A DNA stretch of 60,223 nt from a virus. Lineage: Duplodnaviria > Caudoviricetes. Every line of letters starts with the position of its first letter. Within the stretch, counting starts at the first letter, position 1. The stretch covers positions 1-60,223 of the IMG/VR virus record IMGVR_UViG_3300033076_000509; one strand, written 5' to 3'. Positions 25,506-38,561 of the stretch are shown here, in pieces. Both the position numbers and the translations under genes were made by a program. The notes beneath the pieces are model-generated. The model ran no database searches. It had not been told where the DNA came from and saw only the letters and a program-made list of their open reading frames with translations.

Positions 25506-27814
25506 CAGTAGCGCCCGTCTTGCTGAATACGGTAACGGATATTCCCCGTCCTCCAGAACGCATCAGGCGCGGCAGTCTCCATCTTGATCGAGACCAAGCG
25601 CCCCCGAAACCGCGTGTTGAACACAGTGAGCGATTCCGTGAGCGTGTAGGGGCCGAACTCGTTGGGCGTGGCGCCGGGAAAGTCTGTGACATAGAAGGTC
25701 ATGTTGACGCTCGCATTCTGCGTCCCGCCGTAGTAGCCCCACTTCATATCCGGCCAGACTTCATCAACGAACACCTGCACATCCGCGTCGGCCATAGCGA
25801 AGTAACCGGTTTGAAAGGATGCCTCCAGCATCGCGCCGTCCGCGTTGGTCGAAGTCTCATGCTGGTAGAGATACAGGTTGGGATCAGCGCCAATAGGCGG
25901 CCCCAGCACGCTTTCGTTGATCCATGCTGTCCGACCCAGCGTGCCGAAGTCCCACTGGTTCAGGTTCACGTTGTATTTGACGTAGTTGCTGACCTCGCCG
26001 TTGGATGAGGTGGTGGGGTAATACCAAGCCACCTCGCCAAACCGGGAATTGGCCGCAACGGTGATCTTGGATAGGTTGTCCCGGTCCAAGTCCTGAAAGA
26101 TCACGTCCCACAGCGGGCATGGGATCGGATCAACGCCGCCGCCGGCCAACCGGAAGAACTGCGATTGCCCCATCCAGTAGACGATGCCGTTCATGGACAC
26201 GGCGCCACGACGCCCGATCAGCCCGCAGCCAGTGCCCACCTCGTTGAACTGGTAGACGTAGGGCTGCCCCACATACTGCATCGCCCAAACGCCTAGGTCA
26301 GTCCACAGCAGCGCCTGTTGCGGCCCCTGAATGCCCCCGACGATGCGCGAGCCACGTGGTATCCGATATGACCCGGCTTGGTTGGCAACGGTCCCAATCC
26401 ATGCCGTGAAATTGTTGACATCACACCACCGCACCAGCAACGGGTCCTGATCGCCGTTGAAGGTGGATCCCCAAGCGATAATCTGCCGCTGCGGCATGGC
26501 GACGAAGATGCCTTCGTTCACCACGGGGCTGTTGGGGATAATGGTCGCAATCGGCTGCCCCGAAGTCGGGCGCCACTGGTAGATGGCCGAGTAGCCGTTC
26601 ACATACACCTTGATCGTGCCCGCGCCGGTCATGGCACCCGTGGTGGCATTGGTAAAGGTAATGGACCCGGCGGACGAAGCGTTGACGTAGTAGATGCCGT
26701 TGTAGCCCGTAGGCGTCATGCCTGAAATAACCACCGTCGCGCCGATGGGAGCCACATAGGTATTGTCGAAGGTGATTGTGGCGTCGGTCGTGTCGCCCGA
26801 AGCAGAAACCGTCTCAAACGCCAGGTATTCATTGCCATGGGGGCATGCGATCAGGATTTCACCCCAGTTGTCCAACGACCAGTTGTCGGCATAGATCGGA
26901 ATACCGCTTGTCGGCACGATGGCCGAGCCCGTGCCATACCCGCCGCTTCCGTACCCGCCAATGCCATATCCAGTGCCGGCAGGAACCGCGCCGAAACCGA
27001 CGAAATAGACGAGGTTCACGTTGCCGTCATTCATCGTGACGGTGGCCGTGCCGGACGCCTCGTTCTGTGCGTTGATGACGAACACTGACGAGGATGTGAC
27101 CGACTGAACGATGTAGTTGGAGAACAGCGTGATGCCGCCGACCGAAGTGGGCAACAGAACCGTGAACGTGTCTCCGACACTGAAACCGTGATCGGCCAGC
27201 GTCACTTCAACGAAGGACTCGCCGGACGTGGTGTCGAATACCGGCAGAGCGCCCGCGTTGAGAACGGTGGACGTTGCCAGCGCCGGGTTGCCAAGCGTAT
27301 CCGCTGCGTGGATTTCGTAGGTCGTCGGACCCACGCCGTAGCACTGGTAGAGGCCGAACAGGACCAGCCCGCCGATGCTGACGGGCGTGGCAATGAAGAC
27401 GCTATCGAAGTCCGTCGCGGTCGTAACCGGGTCCTCGATCTGCACCACTTCGCTGCCGGCAGTGGTCGAGAAGTCCACGCCGATGTTGTCCGTGATCGTG
27501 CGCGGAGTGATGTCCCGCAGAACGCCATCGCTGATGACGGCAAGCTGCGCCTCGCTGGTGCCGTCAATGGTGACTGTGCCCACGCCGAGGTAATCGACCT
27601 CGTTTGTGTCCCGCCATGGCCAGATGGCACGGACGGTCGCCGCCATGGTGCTGGGATAGTATTTCGTCCATCCGCCAATCGGCTGCACAAGGCCGAGGCC
27701 AGACCGATCCGGCATGAAGCGGATGAGATTGCTTTCCGAGATCGCGGCTTCGTTCAGGGCCGGCGTCTTGGTCTGGTCCACGCCAGGGATGAGTTTGAGG
27801 GAGGCGTGCGGCAT
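25505..27814 (-). CDS. tail nozzle / packaged DNA stabilisation protein (tubular B-like)
   Basis: 769 aa beta-rich protein; WSLDNWGE, LVRWCD and RFRGR motifs; follows the adaptor. Confidence 0.75.
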   Translation of the reverse strand: MPHASLKLIPGVDQTKTPALNEAAISESNLIRFMPDRSGLGLVQPIGGWTKYYPSTMAATVRAIWPWRDTNEVDYLGVGTVTIDGTSEAQLAVISDGVLRDITPRTITDNIGVDFSTTAGSEVVQIEDPVTTATDFDSVFIATPVSIGGLVLFGLYQCYGVGPTTYEIHAADTLGNPALATSTVLNAGALPVFDTTSGESFVEVTLADHGFSVGDTFTVLLPTSVGGITLFSNYIVQSVTSSSVFVINAQNEASGTATVTMNDGNVNLVYFVGFGAVPAGTGYGIGGYGSGGYGTGSAIVPTSGIPIYADNWSLDNWGEILIACPHGNEYLAFETVSASGDTTDATITFDNTYVAPIGATVVISGMTPTGYNGIYYVNASSAGSITFTNATTGAMTGAGTIKVYVNGYSAIYQWRPTSGQPIATIIPNSPVVNEGIFVAMPQRQIIAWGSTFNGDQDPLLVRWCDVNNFTAWIGTVANQAGSYRIPRGSRIVGGIQGPQQALLWTDLGVWAMQYVGQPYVYQFNEVGTGCGLIGRRGAVSMNGIVYWMGQSQFFRLAGGGVDPIPCPLWDVIFQDLDRDNLSKITVAANSRFGEVAWYYPTTSSNGEVSNYVKYNVNLNQWDFGTLGRTAWINESVLGPPIGADPNLYLYQHETSTNADGAMLEASFQTGYFAMADADVQVFVDEVWPDMKWGYYGGTQNASVNMTFYVTDFPGATPNEFGPYTLTESLTVFNTRFRGRLVSIKMETAAPDAFWRTGNIRYRIQQDGRY

Positions 27815-27817
27815 GCG

Positions 27818-28564
27818 CTACCCCCGCGTTGGCGTGGCAACGGGCGACGGCGATTCCGACGACCACGCCGAGGCAGCAAACTTCTTGCGGGCTTCTTCCA
27901 CCGCAGCGCCCTTGAGAAGCGCCTGATATTGGCTCTCGTAGGACTGTGCCATGGCAGGATCGTCCGCTGCCCGCCCAAAATTGCGCTGGTAGCCAGACAG
28001 ATAAATCATGCTCGCCATGATGAACAAGTCGGGCAGATACAAGCTGATGAAGGTCGTGGTGTTTGTATCGGACAGCGATTCGGGCCGGTAGGTGCCGACT
28101 ACCTCAACGTAATATGCTGCATCCGCGAAGGGGCCGACCAGAAACAGGTTGTCATTGAACGGCACGAAGTATTTGGGCAGGCCCCGGTTGGCCGAGGCGG
28201 AACTGCCATAGACAGCATCGAGGAATTCCTTGGTCGTGGGCAGCAACGGGTTCCGCGTGCCCGCGTTGGGGTCGCTGGTGCCCGCCGGGGTGATGACGTT
28301 GATCTGTTCGGACACAACCAGCGTGCCCTCAGGGAGCGTGATCGTCCGGGCGCCGGCTGCGACCTGATAGCCCGTGACCGCAACAGACGTTTGGAGAAAA
28401 TCCAACTCCCGATAGATGCGGTTTTCCGCATACGTGATCATTTGCGGGAGGACAATCAGGTAATTGGGGTCAGACGTGCTGGCAACCGCGCCCATGGTCG
28501 CGATTTGCTGGATGTAGCTGTCGGTCCCGGTTACAGACCCGTCATAGGAAAGGCCAGTGGTCAC
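27818..28564 (-). CDS. head-to-tail adaptor
   Basis: MITYAENRIYREL...GLPKYF...PDLFIMASM. Confidence 0.7.
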   Translation of the reverse strand: MTTGLSYDGSVTGTDSYIQQIATMGAVASTSDPNYLIVLPQMITYAENRIYRELDFLQTSVAVTGYQVAAGARTITLPEGTLVVSEQINVITPAGTSDPNAGTRNPLLPTTKEFLDAVYGSSASANRGLPKYFVPFNDNLFLVGPFADAAYYVEVVGTYRPESLSDTNTTTFISLYLPDLFIMASMIYLSGYQRNFGRAADDPAMAQSYESQYQALLKGAAVEEARKKFAASAWSSESPSPVATPTRG

Positions 28565-28620
28565 GTCTCACCTCGCTAGACAGCGCCTATATTACCTTCC
28601 CCGCGACCAATATACCATAT

Positions 28621-30207
28621 CTAGGCGGCTTGGTCCTCGGGTTCCGAGATTTCCCCACGATACCACGCCAAATTCGTCCGCAACCGCAAGTCATCCGGTT
28701 CCGCTTCAACCGCCAGAACGCCTTGCCGGATGGCTTCATCCTTCATTCCCATGTGCCAGGCCGAGATTGCCGCCAAATCGTGCGGCTGGGCGCCCCAAAC
28801 TGCCGGATCGCAAGTGTAGACCAGCGCCTTGTCGGTGATTTTCAGTGCCCGGCGCGCCGCCGCATAGCATTCCTCCCACCGATGCTGGGTGTAGAGGGTC
28901 ATGGCCAGCCCGCACCACGGTTCACGAGTGTTCGGTGCCTCGGCGCATGCCCGCAGATACCAAGTTTCCGCGTCCCACGGGCGCCCCAACTCGCCGCAGG
29001 TCTGCCCCAGCAGCCGCATGGCGTAGCATCGCTCATTTGGCCACGTGGCCTCGGGCATGGCGAGATACGCCGTCAGGGCGGTCTCCGCTTCCGCCCAGCG
29101 CCGGTTAAAAGTCAGTTCGCGGGCATGATAGAAAGCGTTCCGGGGGCAGCGCGGGTCCTCTTTCACGGACAATTCCAGCAGGTCCATGTATTGCCCACGG
29201 CTTTTGTCCGGGTCCGGGTGGTGGCTGACCAGAAGCGCGTCGGTTTCGGCCCAGACTTCCGTGATTCGGCCATCCGGCACCGGGTATTCGTGACAAGGGT
29301 GGTGCCAGTGATAGCCGTGCCGCGCGTGGATTTTCTCGTATTTGAACCGGATGCCGGCGCCCCAGTCGAAGTAATACCGCAGCCGCGTCGTGCCCGGCGT
29401 CCAAACCCGCTCAATTTCCGCCCGCCAGCCCGGCTCCATCACCTCGTCAAGATCGAGGCTGATACACACGTCAATATCGCGCGGGATTAAGGCCAAGGCG
29501 GCGTTGCGGGCATGGTCGAAGCGCCACGGGCTGATGCAGATTTCATGCACCACGGCGCCGTGAAGTTCGGCCTGATAGGCGGTGTCGTCCGTGCTGCCCG
29601 TATCCGCGATCATGACCATATCGGCGTCATTCGCCGAGTCACAAAACCGATCTACGAAATGGGCTTCGTTCTTGGAAATGGCATAGACCGCGATCCGCAG
29701 CCGCAGGTCATGCTTTGACCACACATAGACGCCGATATCCCCATCCAACTTGTGCCATTTGGGAGCGCCGAACGCCGCCACTACCGCGTCGTGGGTCCAG
29801 TTATCCACCACATGCCGTTCGTAGGGATTGCCCTCGTATTCCCCCTGCGGGTAGTGCCCGATTGGCAAACTGATGATCACCGTATCCGCACAGGTCCGCA
29901 GTTTGTCCAATAACACACGCGCATCGTCGGCAGTCATGTGTTCCAGCACATCGCCGGCAATCGCCACGTCGAAGTGGTTGTCGGGACGCCATTCCCGCGC
30001 ATCGGCTACAATCAGGCGGTCGTATAGATCGTTGAGTCCGAACTGCTCCACATACGGTTCCCAGACTTCAATGCCCGTGACCAGTGCGTCCTCAAACATT
30101 CGCGCGTAAGTGCCGCTGCCGCAGCCCACATCGAGGATGGACGTATGCGGGACACGATCAACGATGTAGCGCGTGAAGTCCTTACCTCGCTCTGAACTGA
30201 ACGGCAC
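28621..30207 (-). CDS. SAM methyltransferase / GT2 glycosyltransferase / TPR fusion
   Basis: ILDVGCGSG, GDVLEH; AISKNE, ADTGSTD, SLDLDE; helical TPR-like C-terminus. Confidence 0.88.
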   Translation of the reverse strand: MPFSSERGKDFTRYIVDRVPHTSILDVGCGSGTYARMFEDALVTGIEVWEPYVEQFGLNDLYDRLIVADAREWRPDNHFDVAIAGDVLEHMTADDARVLLDKLRTCADTVIISLPIGHYPQGEYEGNPYERHVVDNWTHDAVVAAFGAPKWHKLDGDIGVYVWSKHDLRLRIAVYAISKNEAHFVDRFCDSANDADMVMIADTGSTDDTAYQAELHGAVVHEICISPWRFDHARNAALALIPRDIDVCISLDLDEVMEPGWRAEIERVWTPGTTRLRYYFDWGAGIRFKYEKIHARHGYHWHHPCHEYPVPDGRITEVWAETDALLVSHHPDPDKSRGQYMDLLELSVKEDPRCPRNAFYHARELTFNRRWAEAETALTAYLAMPEATWPNERCYAMRLLGQTCGELGRPWDAETWYLRACAEAPNTREPWCGLAMTLYTQHRWEECYAAARRALKITDKALVYTCDPAVWGAQPHDLAAISAWHMGMKDEAIRQGVLAVEAEPDDLRLRTNLAWYRGEISEPEDQAA

Positions 30208-30755
30208 TTATCCCCCCACCTTTGCCGGCTCCGCATTGACCGCGACCGCATCAATCGTGATAGCACCCACGTCTTGCCACGGCGCCTTGTCCGCCGCGTC
30301 CAACTTGGTTGCCTCTTCAGTGAACGCCGCAGCCACGTGCGCCGCGAACGCCTTGAACAATGGCACCACATCGGCTTCCGTGATTTCCACAAATACGCCT
30401 TCTGCGGTCTTCCATAGCGTCGGGCTTGGGAACACACCTGATTGCAGCGCCAGCACCGCTCCCATCACCGGCCCCATGGCTTCGCGCGTGGACACAAACC
30501 GATAAGGACGATCCGCCTTCACAGGCTGGAACATGAAGCCGCCAGTTTCCTTCCGCCAGCGCGCTTCGGCTAGTTCTTCCGCCTTCTGTGCCCTGACGTG
30601 CGCAGTAGGGTCAAACGTATCCGTGATCTCTGCCGCACGCTTTTCGTCCGACGCATACCAAAGGTCGTGGTCACCATTGACGATGATGATGCCCGCAGCC
30701 TCAATAGCTTCAACCAATCCAGGCGGCGGACGTTGCGGGATGTTCAGAACTGGTT

Positions 30756-30759
<4 letters not shown>
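30208..30759 (-). CDS. DUF4376-like tail fibre-associated protein
   Basis: ARWRKETGG...WKTAEG...HVAAAF. Confidence 0.7.
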
Positions 30760-32938
<2,179 letters not shown>

Positions 32939-32942
<4 letters not shown>

Positions 32943-33874
32943 TTGACGATCAACCCCCGAGAGCGCCCGGATGGGGGAGCCGTGTAGTGGCTCATGAGAA
33001 GGCCATAATCCGGCTCAAGCCCGCAGCACGGGTCATTGAAAAATTCTTGATGTTCCGCAGCCGTCAGGGCGCGATTGAACAAGTGGAAACCATAGATTCC
33101 GTCATAGGCATTCCCGGCAGCCAGCCACGGCAAGGATGTGCGGTTGACGTTGAACACATCAAATGCGGTCGTGCTGCTGTTGGGCGCTGTTCCAGTGTTC
33201 CCGACAGCATTAGTGTTGAAGTAGGCAGTGGTGCCGGAACCATTCCATGAACAACCAATTGTCGCGGGGATGCCGCCGTCATTGGAACCCATGAACGATG
33301 CCGAAACTACAACGCGGGTATCACTGGAACCGGACCAGCCAGCATAAAGGTTGCTGTCTGAGAATTTCAAAATCGACAGGCGGTTCGTTGCGGTTGGCGC
33401 GCCAATGTCGAATAGGTTGTAACTGAACCCATCATTATAGGCCCACGAATAGGACGTATGACACAGAACCGATCCAGCGGTGCCACTGAACTTCATGTTC
33501 AGGGCGCTTCCAGCCATGTCATATTGACCGCCACCAATCAAACATGGACCGCCAAGGCGCCCACCCGGATTACCGAAGTTTGACGGCATCGTGCCGTTGT
33601 TCCCAATGGCAAAGCCACTTGTATAGATCGGCAAGCGGCCATTGCCGTTGAAGATGCCGCAGAACAAAAGATCGAGCCCAAACCAATGGCCCCGGTTCAC
33701 CCGCACCGGGAACCACGCCGGCACAGTGAAGTGTGGCGGTCGATTCATCCACAGGAATGCCGCCAGGTCAGCCGTCAGCAACGGCGGCGGCTTCGCCCAC
33801 GAATATCGTTGAACGAAAGCCGGTGCCGCCAGAAGCGTGGCGCCCCCGACCAGTAATTTCCGGCGCGAGATCAT
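32939..33874 (-). CDS. LamG/ConA-like lectin-domain protein with Tat-like signal
   Basis: ATGA-coupled start [19 protein letters not shown]; C-terminal [10 protein letters not shown]. Confidence 0.7.
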
Positions 33875-34416
33875 CCGTTCAGATTGATGTTGGTGGTGCG
33901 GCAATTGATTGTCGCGGCGGCAGAGGCGTTGAAGGCTGCGCCCGTGCCATTGTAGATGGCAACCTTGAACACCCCGCGAGTCGGAATGAAGAAGTAACTC
34001 GTCGTCCACGTGATCGCTGTGCCGCTGCCGACAGTGCCTTTAATCCCAACCGTGGCAACCTCGTAATTGGACGATGGGATAGTCGTGATCTGATCGCCAT
34101 ATGTCGTGCCATCTTGGTTCTGCGGCACGATGTAGAACTTGAGGAACGCGCCGGATGCAGAGGTCGTGCCGCCCATCGTGATGGTGCCGGAAATCTGCAT
34201 CAGCGTATCAAGGTTGGACGAGTTGTCCAGCGTGGCGCTTGTGGCGACAATGCCAGCGGCATTGGCAAGTGAGTTGATGTCACCCGCAGCAAAGCCACAA
34301 GACGTATAAGACCCTGAATTCAGAGCGCCCGGCGTCTGCTTGGCGGTGTTAGCTGCATAGGACGGCGCCGCAATCGTCAGAAAAGCGGCAAGCGAAAGTC
34401 GAAAAAAATTGTTCAT
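33871..34416 (-). CDS. beta-rich protein with Sec-type signal peptide
   Basis: ATGA-coupled start MNNFFRLSLAAFLTIAAPSYA. Confidence 0.7.
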   Translation of the reverse strand: MNNFFRLSLAAFLTIAAPSYAANTAKQTPGALNSGSYTSCGFAAGDINSLANAAGIVATSATLDNSSNLDTLMQISGTITMGGTTSASGAFLKFYIVPQNQDGTTYGDQITTIPSSNYEVATVGIKGTVGSGTAITWTTSYFFIPTRGVFKVAIYNGTGAAFNASAAATINCRTTNINLNG

Positions 34417-35270
34417 GAGCTTTTCCGGCAGTAGAGGGTTACGCGTGCGGTTTCGACCGTGGCGGGGCTTCCGCTGACCTGTAACGCCAACGTGACAGGC
34501 GCCGAAGTCGTTCCCGAAATAGCTGTTGTCCATCCGGTCAAGGTGGTGTCAATATTCTTCGTCGCGGATGATACCGCAACCGGCGCTGATGCGGAAATCT
34601 TGTCCCCAGCGGCGGGGTGCGTGGCACCCGCATCGAAGTTGCTGTAGGTCGTGGACGCCACGTCAAACGAGATAGACCCAGACGGGTTGGCTTTGATGCC
34701 AGCGGCGACAATCGTGCAGGCAAAGCCCACGTCGAGGTAGCATGTCTTCGCGCCGGCAGCGGTTCCATTGTAGACGCAGGACGATGAAGTCAGTGCCGCG
34801 CCACCGCCGTCCACATCGAAGATCAGTTCCGTGAGGCGCGTATTGTCCGAAGCCGTAACCGTGCCCGCTGTGTAAGTCATGCCCGTGCTGAAGACCTGCG
34901 GCAGGCCCGATGAAATGTAGTTGCTACCGTTGCTGGTCAGGATGATGCCCTGCCCTTGCTGCAATACTCGGGAGGACAGGCCGTCGATGGTGCTGGTGGT
35001 GGGCGTGATCGTCACAGCACCTGCGCCGATGTTCACGAACGTCGCGGACCACGTATTGCCGAAGTTCCCGCTCGCGCCGGCCTGTGGCAGCGTCACGGCC
35101 ACGGACGAGCCGTTTGAGAACGAGACTTTCTTACAGTTGTCCGAATTCAGAACGGTGTAGGTCGTGCCGGTCTGCGCGTTGATGACCTGCTGCGGGCAAC
35201 CCTGCGCAAAGGCGCCACCGCTCGCCAACAGCCCAAGCGCGACGATCAGGCTTGCGAGAAGACGCGCCAT
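34413..35270 (-). CDS. fibre-like protein with Sec-type signal peptide
   Basis: MARLLASLIVALGLLASGGAFA; INAQTGTTYT...VTLP domain. Confidence 0.75.
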   Translation of the reverse strand: MARLLASLIVALGLLASGGAFAQGCPQQVINAQTGTTYTVLNSDNCKKVSFSNGSSVAVTLPQAGASGNFGNTWSATFVNIGAGAVTITPTTSTIDGLSSRVLQQGQGIILTSNGSNYISSGLPQVFSTGMTYTAGTVTASDNTRLTELIFDVDGGGAALTSSSCVYNGTAAGAKTCYLDVGFACTIVAAGIKANPSGSISFDVASTTYSNFDAGATHPAAGDKISASAPVAVSSATKNIDTTLTGWTTAISGTTSAPVTLALQVSGSPATVETARVTLYCRKSS

Positions 35271-36091
35271 TGTGTGGCTCCCATGCGAACGTAGATTTTT
35301 CCCGTGTTCGGGAAGATGCTGTCGGGATTGTTGGCGCCAAGGCTGGCGATCTGCGACCCGCTGTCGGGATACTGCAACAGCGTGTTCGCCGTATCGTTGA
35401 ACACGAACCGCTGCGATCCAACCGGATCACTGGCCGCTGCCCGAAACTTAACGCCCGCACCCGCCGCACACGTTGTCACCGTATTAGCGTCAGTCGTCAG
35501 TGCCGTTGCGCCCGCCAGGTCCGTGCCCGCAGCGGATACCGCATCACTGACCGTCAAGGGCGCAAGGCTGGCACTGGCCGTCGTGGCGTTGGTGATGCGG
35601 CCCTGCTGGTCAATGGTGATGACCGGGATCAGAGACCCGGAACCGTAGGAACCCGGCGTGACCGCCGTATCCGCCATGGAAATGGTGCCCGCGCCGACAA
35701 TCGGGCTTGGCGATGCGGTCAGGCCCGTGCCAGCGGCAACGCTCGTCACCGTGCCGAAGCCGCTGCCCGAAATGGGCACCTCAGTCGCGCTGGTGACGTG
35801 CCCGAACTCATCCACCGTAACCTGCGACACGTGCGTCGCATCGCCATAGGTGCCCGCCGACACGCCGCTGGTATCGTGCGAAATCTCGCCAATGGACGTG
35901 ATGATAGTCGGGTTGGCGAGAATCGGCGCCACGGCATCAATCTGGACGACCGTGCCGGGATTTGTGGAGACCAGATTGGCAATGGCGCCAGTTGTCGTCC
36001 GCAGCGAAACGCCGGCCTGGACAATCTCCAACTCTTCCGTGCCGGTGAGCGCGATGGCCGGCCCGAGGTTCGGGATTTGAACGTCTGCCAT
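35246..36091 (-). CDS. tail fibre-like structural protein
   Basis: Repeated GVSAGTYG...VTVDEFGHVT / VTPGSYG...ITIDQQGRIT. Confidence 0.7.
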   Translation of the reverse strand: MADVQIPNLGPAIALTGTEELEIVQAGVSLRTTTGAIANLVSTNPGTVVQIDAVAPILANPTIITSIGEISHDTSGVSAGTYGDATHVSQVTVDEFGHVTSATEVPISGSGFGTVTSVAAGTGLTASPSPIVGAGTISMADTAVTPGSYGSGSLIPVITIDQQGRITNATTASASLAPLTVSDAVSAAGTDLAGATALTTDANTVTTCAAGAGVKFRAAASDPVGSQRFVFNDTANTLLQYPDSGSQIASLGANNPDSIFPNTGKIYVRMGATQWRVFSQA

Positions 36092-36610
36092 TTACGTTGG
36101 CTCCTCGCCGTTCAAAGGCCCCGTCTTGGGCACTTCCTCATAGTTGTAGGGCAGGCCCGGATCAGCGCCGCCAGCATCATCCGGCACAAACGCATCAGTG
36201 CCAGGCTGCTGGTTCAAGCCGCCTGGCGGTTCGCCCGTGATCTGCGTAGACCGCTGCGCATCATCCTGTGTGATTCGGGTATCGCCACCCGGCACCGGAA
36301 TGCCCGTGCGCGCGTTGACGGTGTTCTGTCCGGACGTTTGCCGAATGTTGGACGACGCAGCCACATAGTCCTGCGTGCGCGGGTTCATGATCGGCAGCGG
36401 ATCAGCGGGGATGTTGATAGACTTCAACTGCTCTTGCGGCACGTCAAGGCAATGACGGCACACAAGCATCTTCGTGTTGTAGAGGCCCGAACCCGCAAAT
36501 TCGAACTGCCAGCCTAGCAACACATGGTTGTAGAGAAACCCGCAGCGGTCACAGATCGCAAAAGCCTGCGGATTGCGACTGGAGACGTGGGCGCGGCCAT
36601 GCGGTCTCAC
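36092..36610 (-). CDS. conserved virion-module protein with two CxxC motifs
   Basis: AICDRCGF...VCRHCLD. Confidence 0.7.
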   Translation of the reverse strand: MRPHGRAHVSSRNPQAFAICDRCGFLYNHVLLGWQFEFAGSGLYNTKMLVCRHCLDVPQEQLKSINIPADPLPIMNPRTQDYVAASSNIRQTSGQNTVNARTGIPVPGGDTRITQDDAQRSTQITGEPPGGLNQQPGTDAFVPDDAGGADPGLPYNYEEVPKTGPLNGEEPT

Positions 36611-37290
36611 CTGTAATACCCCCCGATCATCGGGGAGATGTAGTAGTTCGCGGTTTCTACGTTCTGTTCCGCCGCGATCTTGTATTCCTCATCCGCCAGC
36701 GCCTTCATCGGAACGGCCATCTGAGGCGCCCACGCAATAGCCAATCGCGCCGCCAGACCATAACTGAGCGCCGCCTGCCAGAGATAGGGCACATTCGCGG
36801 TCTGCCCGTTGGTGAGTGCCGCGTCTTCCAACTGCTTGACGCGGTAGTATTTCAGCGAGGTCTGGGACCCGTCCGGCACCGGCCAGATGGTCACGGTGGG
36901 GGACAATAGCCGGTCAAACCAGAACTGCGTCGGGAACCCTTGCTGCGTCTTGTTGGGGTAGTTCGCATATTCCGTGCGCGAGATCGGGGACAGAATTCGG
37001 TCAATCGTCGGGTTGCTGCCGATGGTCACATAGGCATCGAGCATGACCACCGTGTTGGCGTCCACGTCATAGGTGGACGTGCCTTGGACCAGCGGCACCG
37101 TGACCAGATCAACCGCCCACAGATTGACGCCCCGATTGCTCCAGTTCGCGAGCATGAGGTTCGTCGCCATCCGGGCATACTCAAGATGCTCTTGAAGGAT
37201 GGCCGTGTTGCGGACGCCGATGCTGTTGTATGCGAACAGCACCGTCTCACCGATAGAAGGGTTGAAGGCGTAGGTTCCGCTGCTAGTCAT
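36607..37290 (-). CDS. head-tail connector (tubular A-like)
   Basis: WSNRGVNLW...YPNKTQQGFPTQFW. Confidence 0.7.
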   Translation of the reverse strand: MTSSGTYAFNPSIGETVLFAYNSIGVRNTAILQEHLEYARMATNLMLANWSNRGVNLWAVDLVTVPLVQGTSTYDVDANTVVMLDAYVTIGSNPTIDRILSPISRTEYANYPNKTQQGFPTQFWFDRLLSPTVTIWPVPDGSQTSLKYYRVKQLEDAALTNGQTANVPYLWQAALSYGLAARLAIAWAPQMAVPMKALADEEYKIAAEQNVETANYYISPMIGGYYR

Positions 37291-37299
37291 CTAGACCCC

Positions 37300-37953
37300 T
37301 TACAGCGGCGCCGCCCCAAGCTGGCGGAATGTGCCACGAACCGAGCCAGTGCCACTGTTCAAGAGGATGCGCGCCCAACGCGGGACCACAGCCGATGTTC
37401 CTGCAATCGTGGCCGTCGCTGTTACCAGCGTCGAATCCCCGATGCTGCTCCACGTCATCGACGCGGGTGCTACGGGATCGCTGGGGTCGTTCGGGTCGTC
37501 CATGGTCTGCTGAACGGTGTAGTTCACCGTTCCCGTCACGACGCACTGAATGGCCGCTTGCGCCGCCGCCCAATCGTCAAACCGCACCCATGGCGAGCCA
37601 GCTACCGTTGTGGTTCCGAAGGTAATCGCCGCCGCAGTGGCTGCCGAGGCGTATATGGAGATAATAGTCTTATAATCCAGCACAGACATGGCGGTGCTGG
37701 AATTGACACCGTTCATCACCTCGCCGATCCGGTCATTTGACCAGTTGGTGCCCACGATGGTGAACGTCTTGGTGCTTTCGCTGCCGTTGGTGGTCAGGAG
37801 AATGCGGCGCGGAGTGTCCAGCGTCGCCACACCACCCGAGGCCAAAGACCCATTGATAGTCAGATACCCAGCGCCTGAAGGCGTCTGGGAGAGGCAGATA
37901 TTGTTGGCGGCGGCGGATGCCAGCGGGCCAACGGAAACGATCATCGGGACCAT
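37300..37953 (-). CDS. virion structural protein
   Basis: Thr/Ser-rich beta protein in the head-tail module. Confidence 0.65.
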   Translation of the reverse strand: MVPMIVSVGPLASAAANNICLSQTPSGAGYLTINGSLASGGVATLDTPRRILLTTNGSESTKTFTIVGTNWSNDRIGEVMNGVNSSTAMSVLDYKTIISIYASAATAAAITFGTTTVAGSPWVRFDDWAAAQAAIQCVVTGTVNYTVQQTMDDPNDPSDPVAPASMTWSSIGDSTLVTATATIAGTSAVVPRWARILLNSGTGSVRGTFRQLGAAPL

Positions 37954-37965
37954 ATCAGTGCCTCA

Positions 37966-38235
37966 TCAACATTTCACATCCCACCGCTTCAGTGCCAGGT
38001 TGATGCGACTATTGGGATCATGTGAAGTTTTAGCAGATGTCAGCTTTTCTTTCATCCCGCACATGCGAGTCCGAAAGTTCTCTCGGCGCTGCGCCGCAGC
38101 CGGGCTCTGGGACGCCTCAGACGCCGTGACGGGCTTCTTGATGTCATGACCTTCGCGCCGCAGAGAAGCACGGCCACGGTCGTTTAAACCGCCTTCCGGG
38201 CTCTTGCCTTCCTTGCGCGTCCAAGCCCCCGCCAT
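37966..38235 (-). CDS. small basic conserved phage protein (DUF6321-like)
   Basis: AWTRKEGK.PEGGLN..GRAS...FRTRM.GM. Confidence 0.7.
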   Translation of the reverse strand: MAGAWTRKEGKSPEGGLNDRGRASLRREGHDIKKPVTASEASQSPAAAQRRENFRTRMCGMKEKLTSAKTSHDPNSRINLALKRWDVKC

Positions 38236-38252
38236 GCGCTATCCCTTCTGCG

Positions 38253-38280
38253 AAAACGGGGGCACGACGGCCCCCGCTTT
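38253..38280. terminator. bidirectional hairpin terminator
   Basis: AAAACGGGGGC-ACGACG-GCCCCCGCTTT. Confidence 0.55.
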
Positions 38281-38306
38281 GTCCGTCCAATCAGGCCGTC
38301 ACAGCC

Positions 38307-38549
38307 TCAGTAGTGGCTGCTCGGCTTGCGCGGCGTGCCGGAAGCGGCAGAGGAAAACACCCCGCCACCGCTCTTGCGCGGCTTGCGACCGGCATGGGCC
38401 ATGGACATAACGCCGGGCATGCCAACGTCCTTCTTGACCTTGCCGCCCTTCTTGAAGCCGTTGGTGCCCTCGCGGGCTTCCTTGGCCACGTTGCTGTCAC
38501 CGCCGGCATAAGCCCGAGTGACCTTCGTATCATCAGCCATCTTAGCCAT
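38307..38549 (-). CDS. small basic virion protein
   Basis: FKKGG and RKSGG motifs; AGGAG RBS. Confidence 0.6.
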   Translation of the reverse strand: MAKMADDTKVTRAYAGGDSNVAKEAREGTNGFKKGGKVKKDVGMPGVMSMAHAGRKPRKSGGGVFSSAASGTPRKPSSHY

Positions 38550-38561
38550 GTCGGGCTCCTA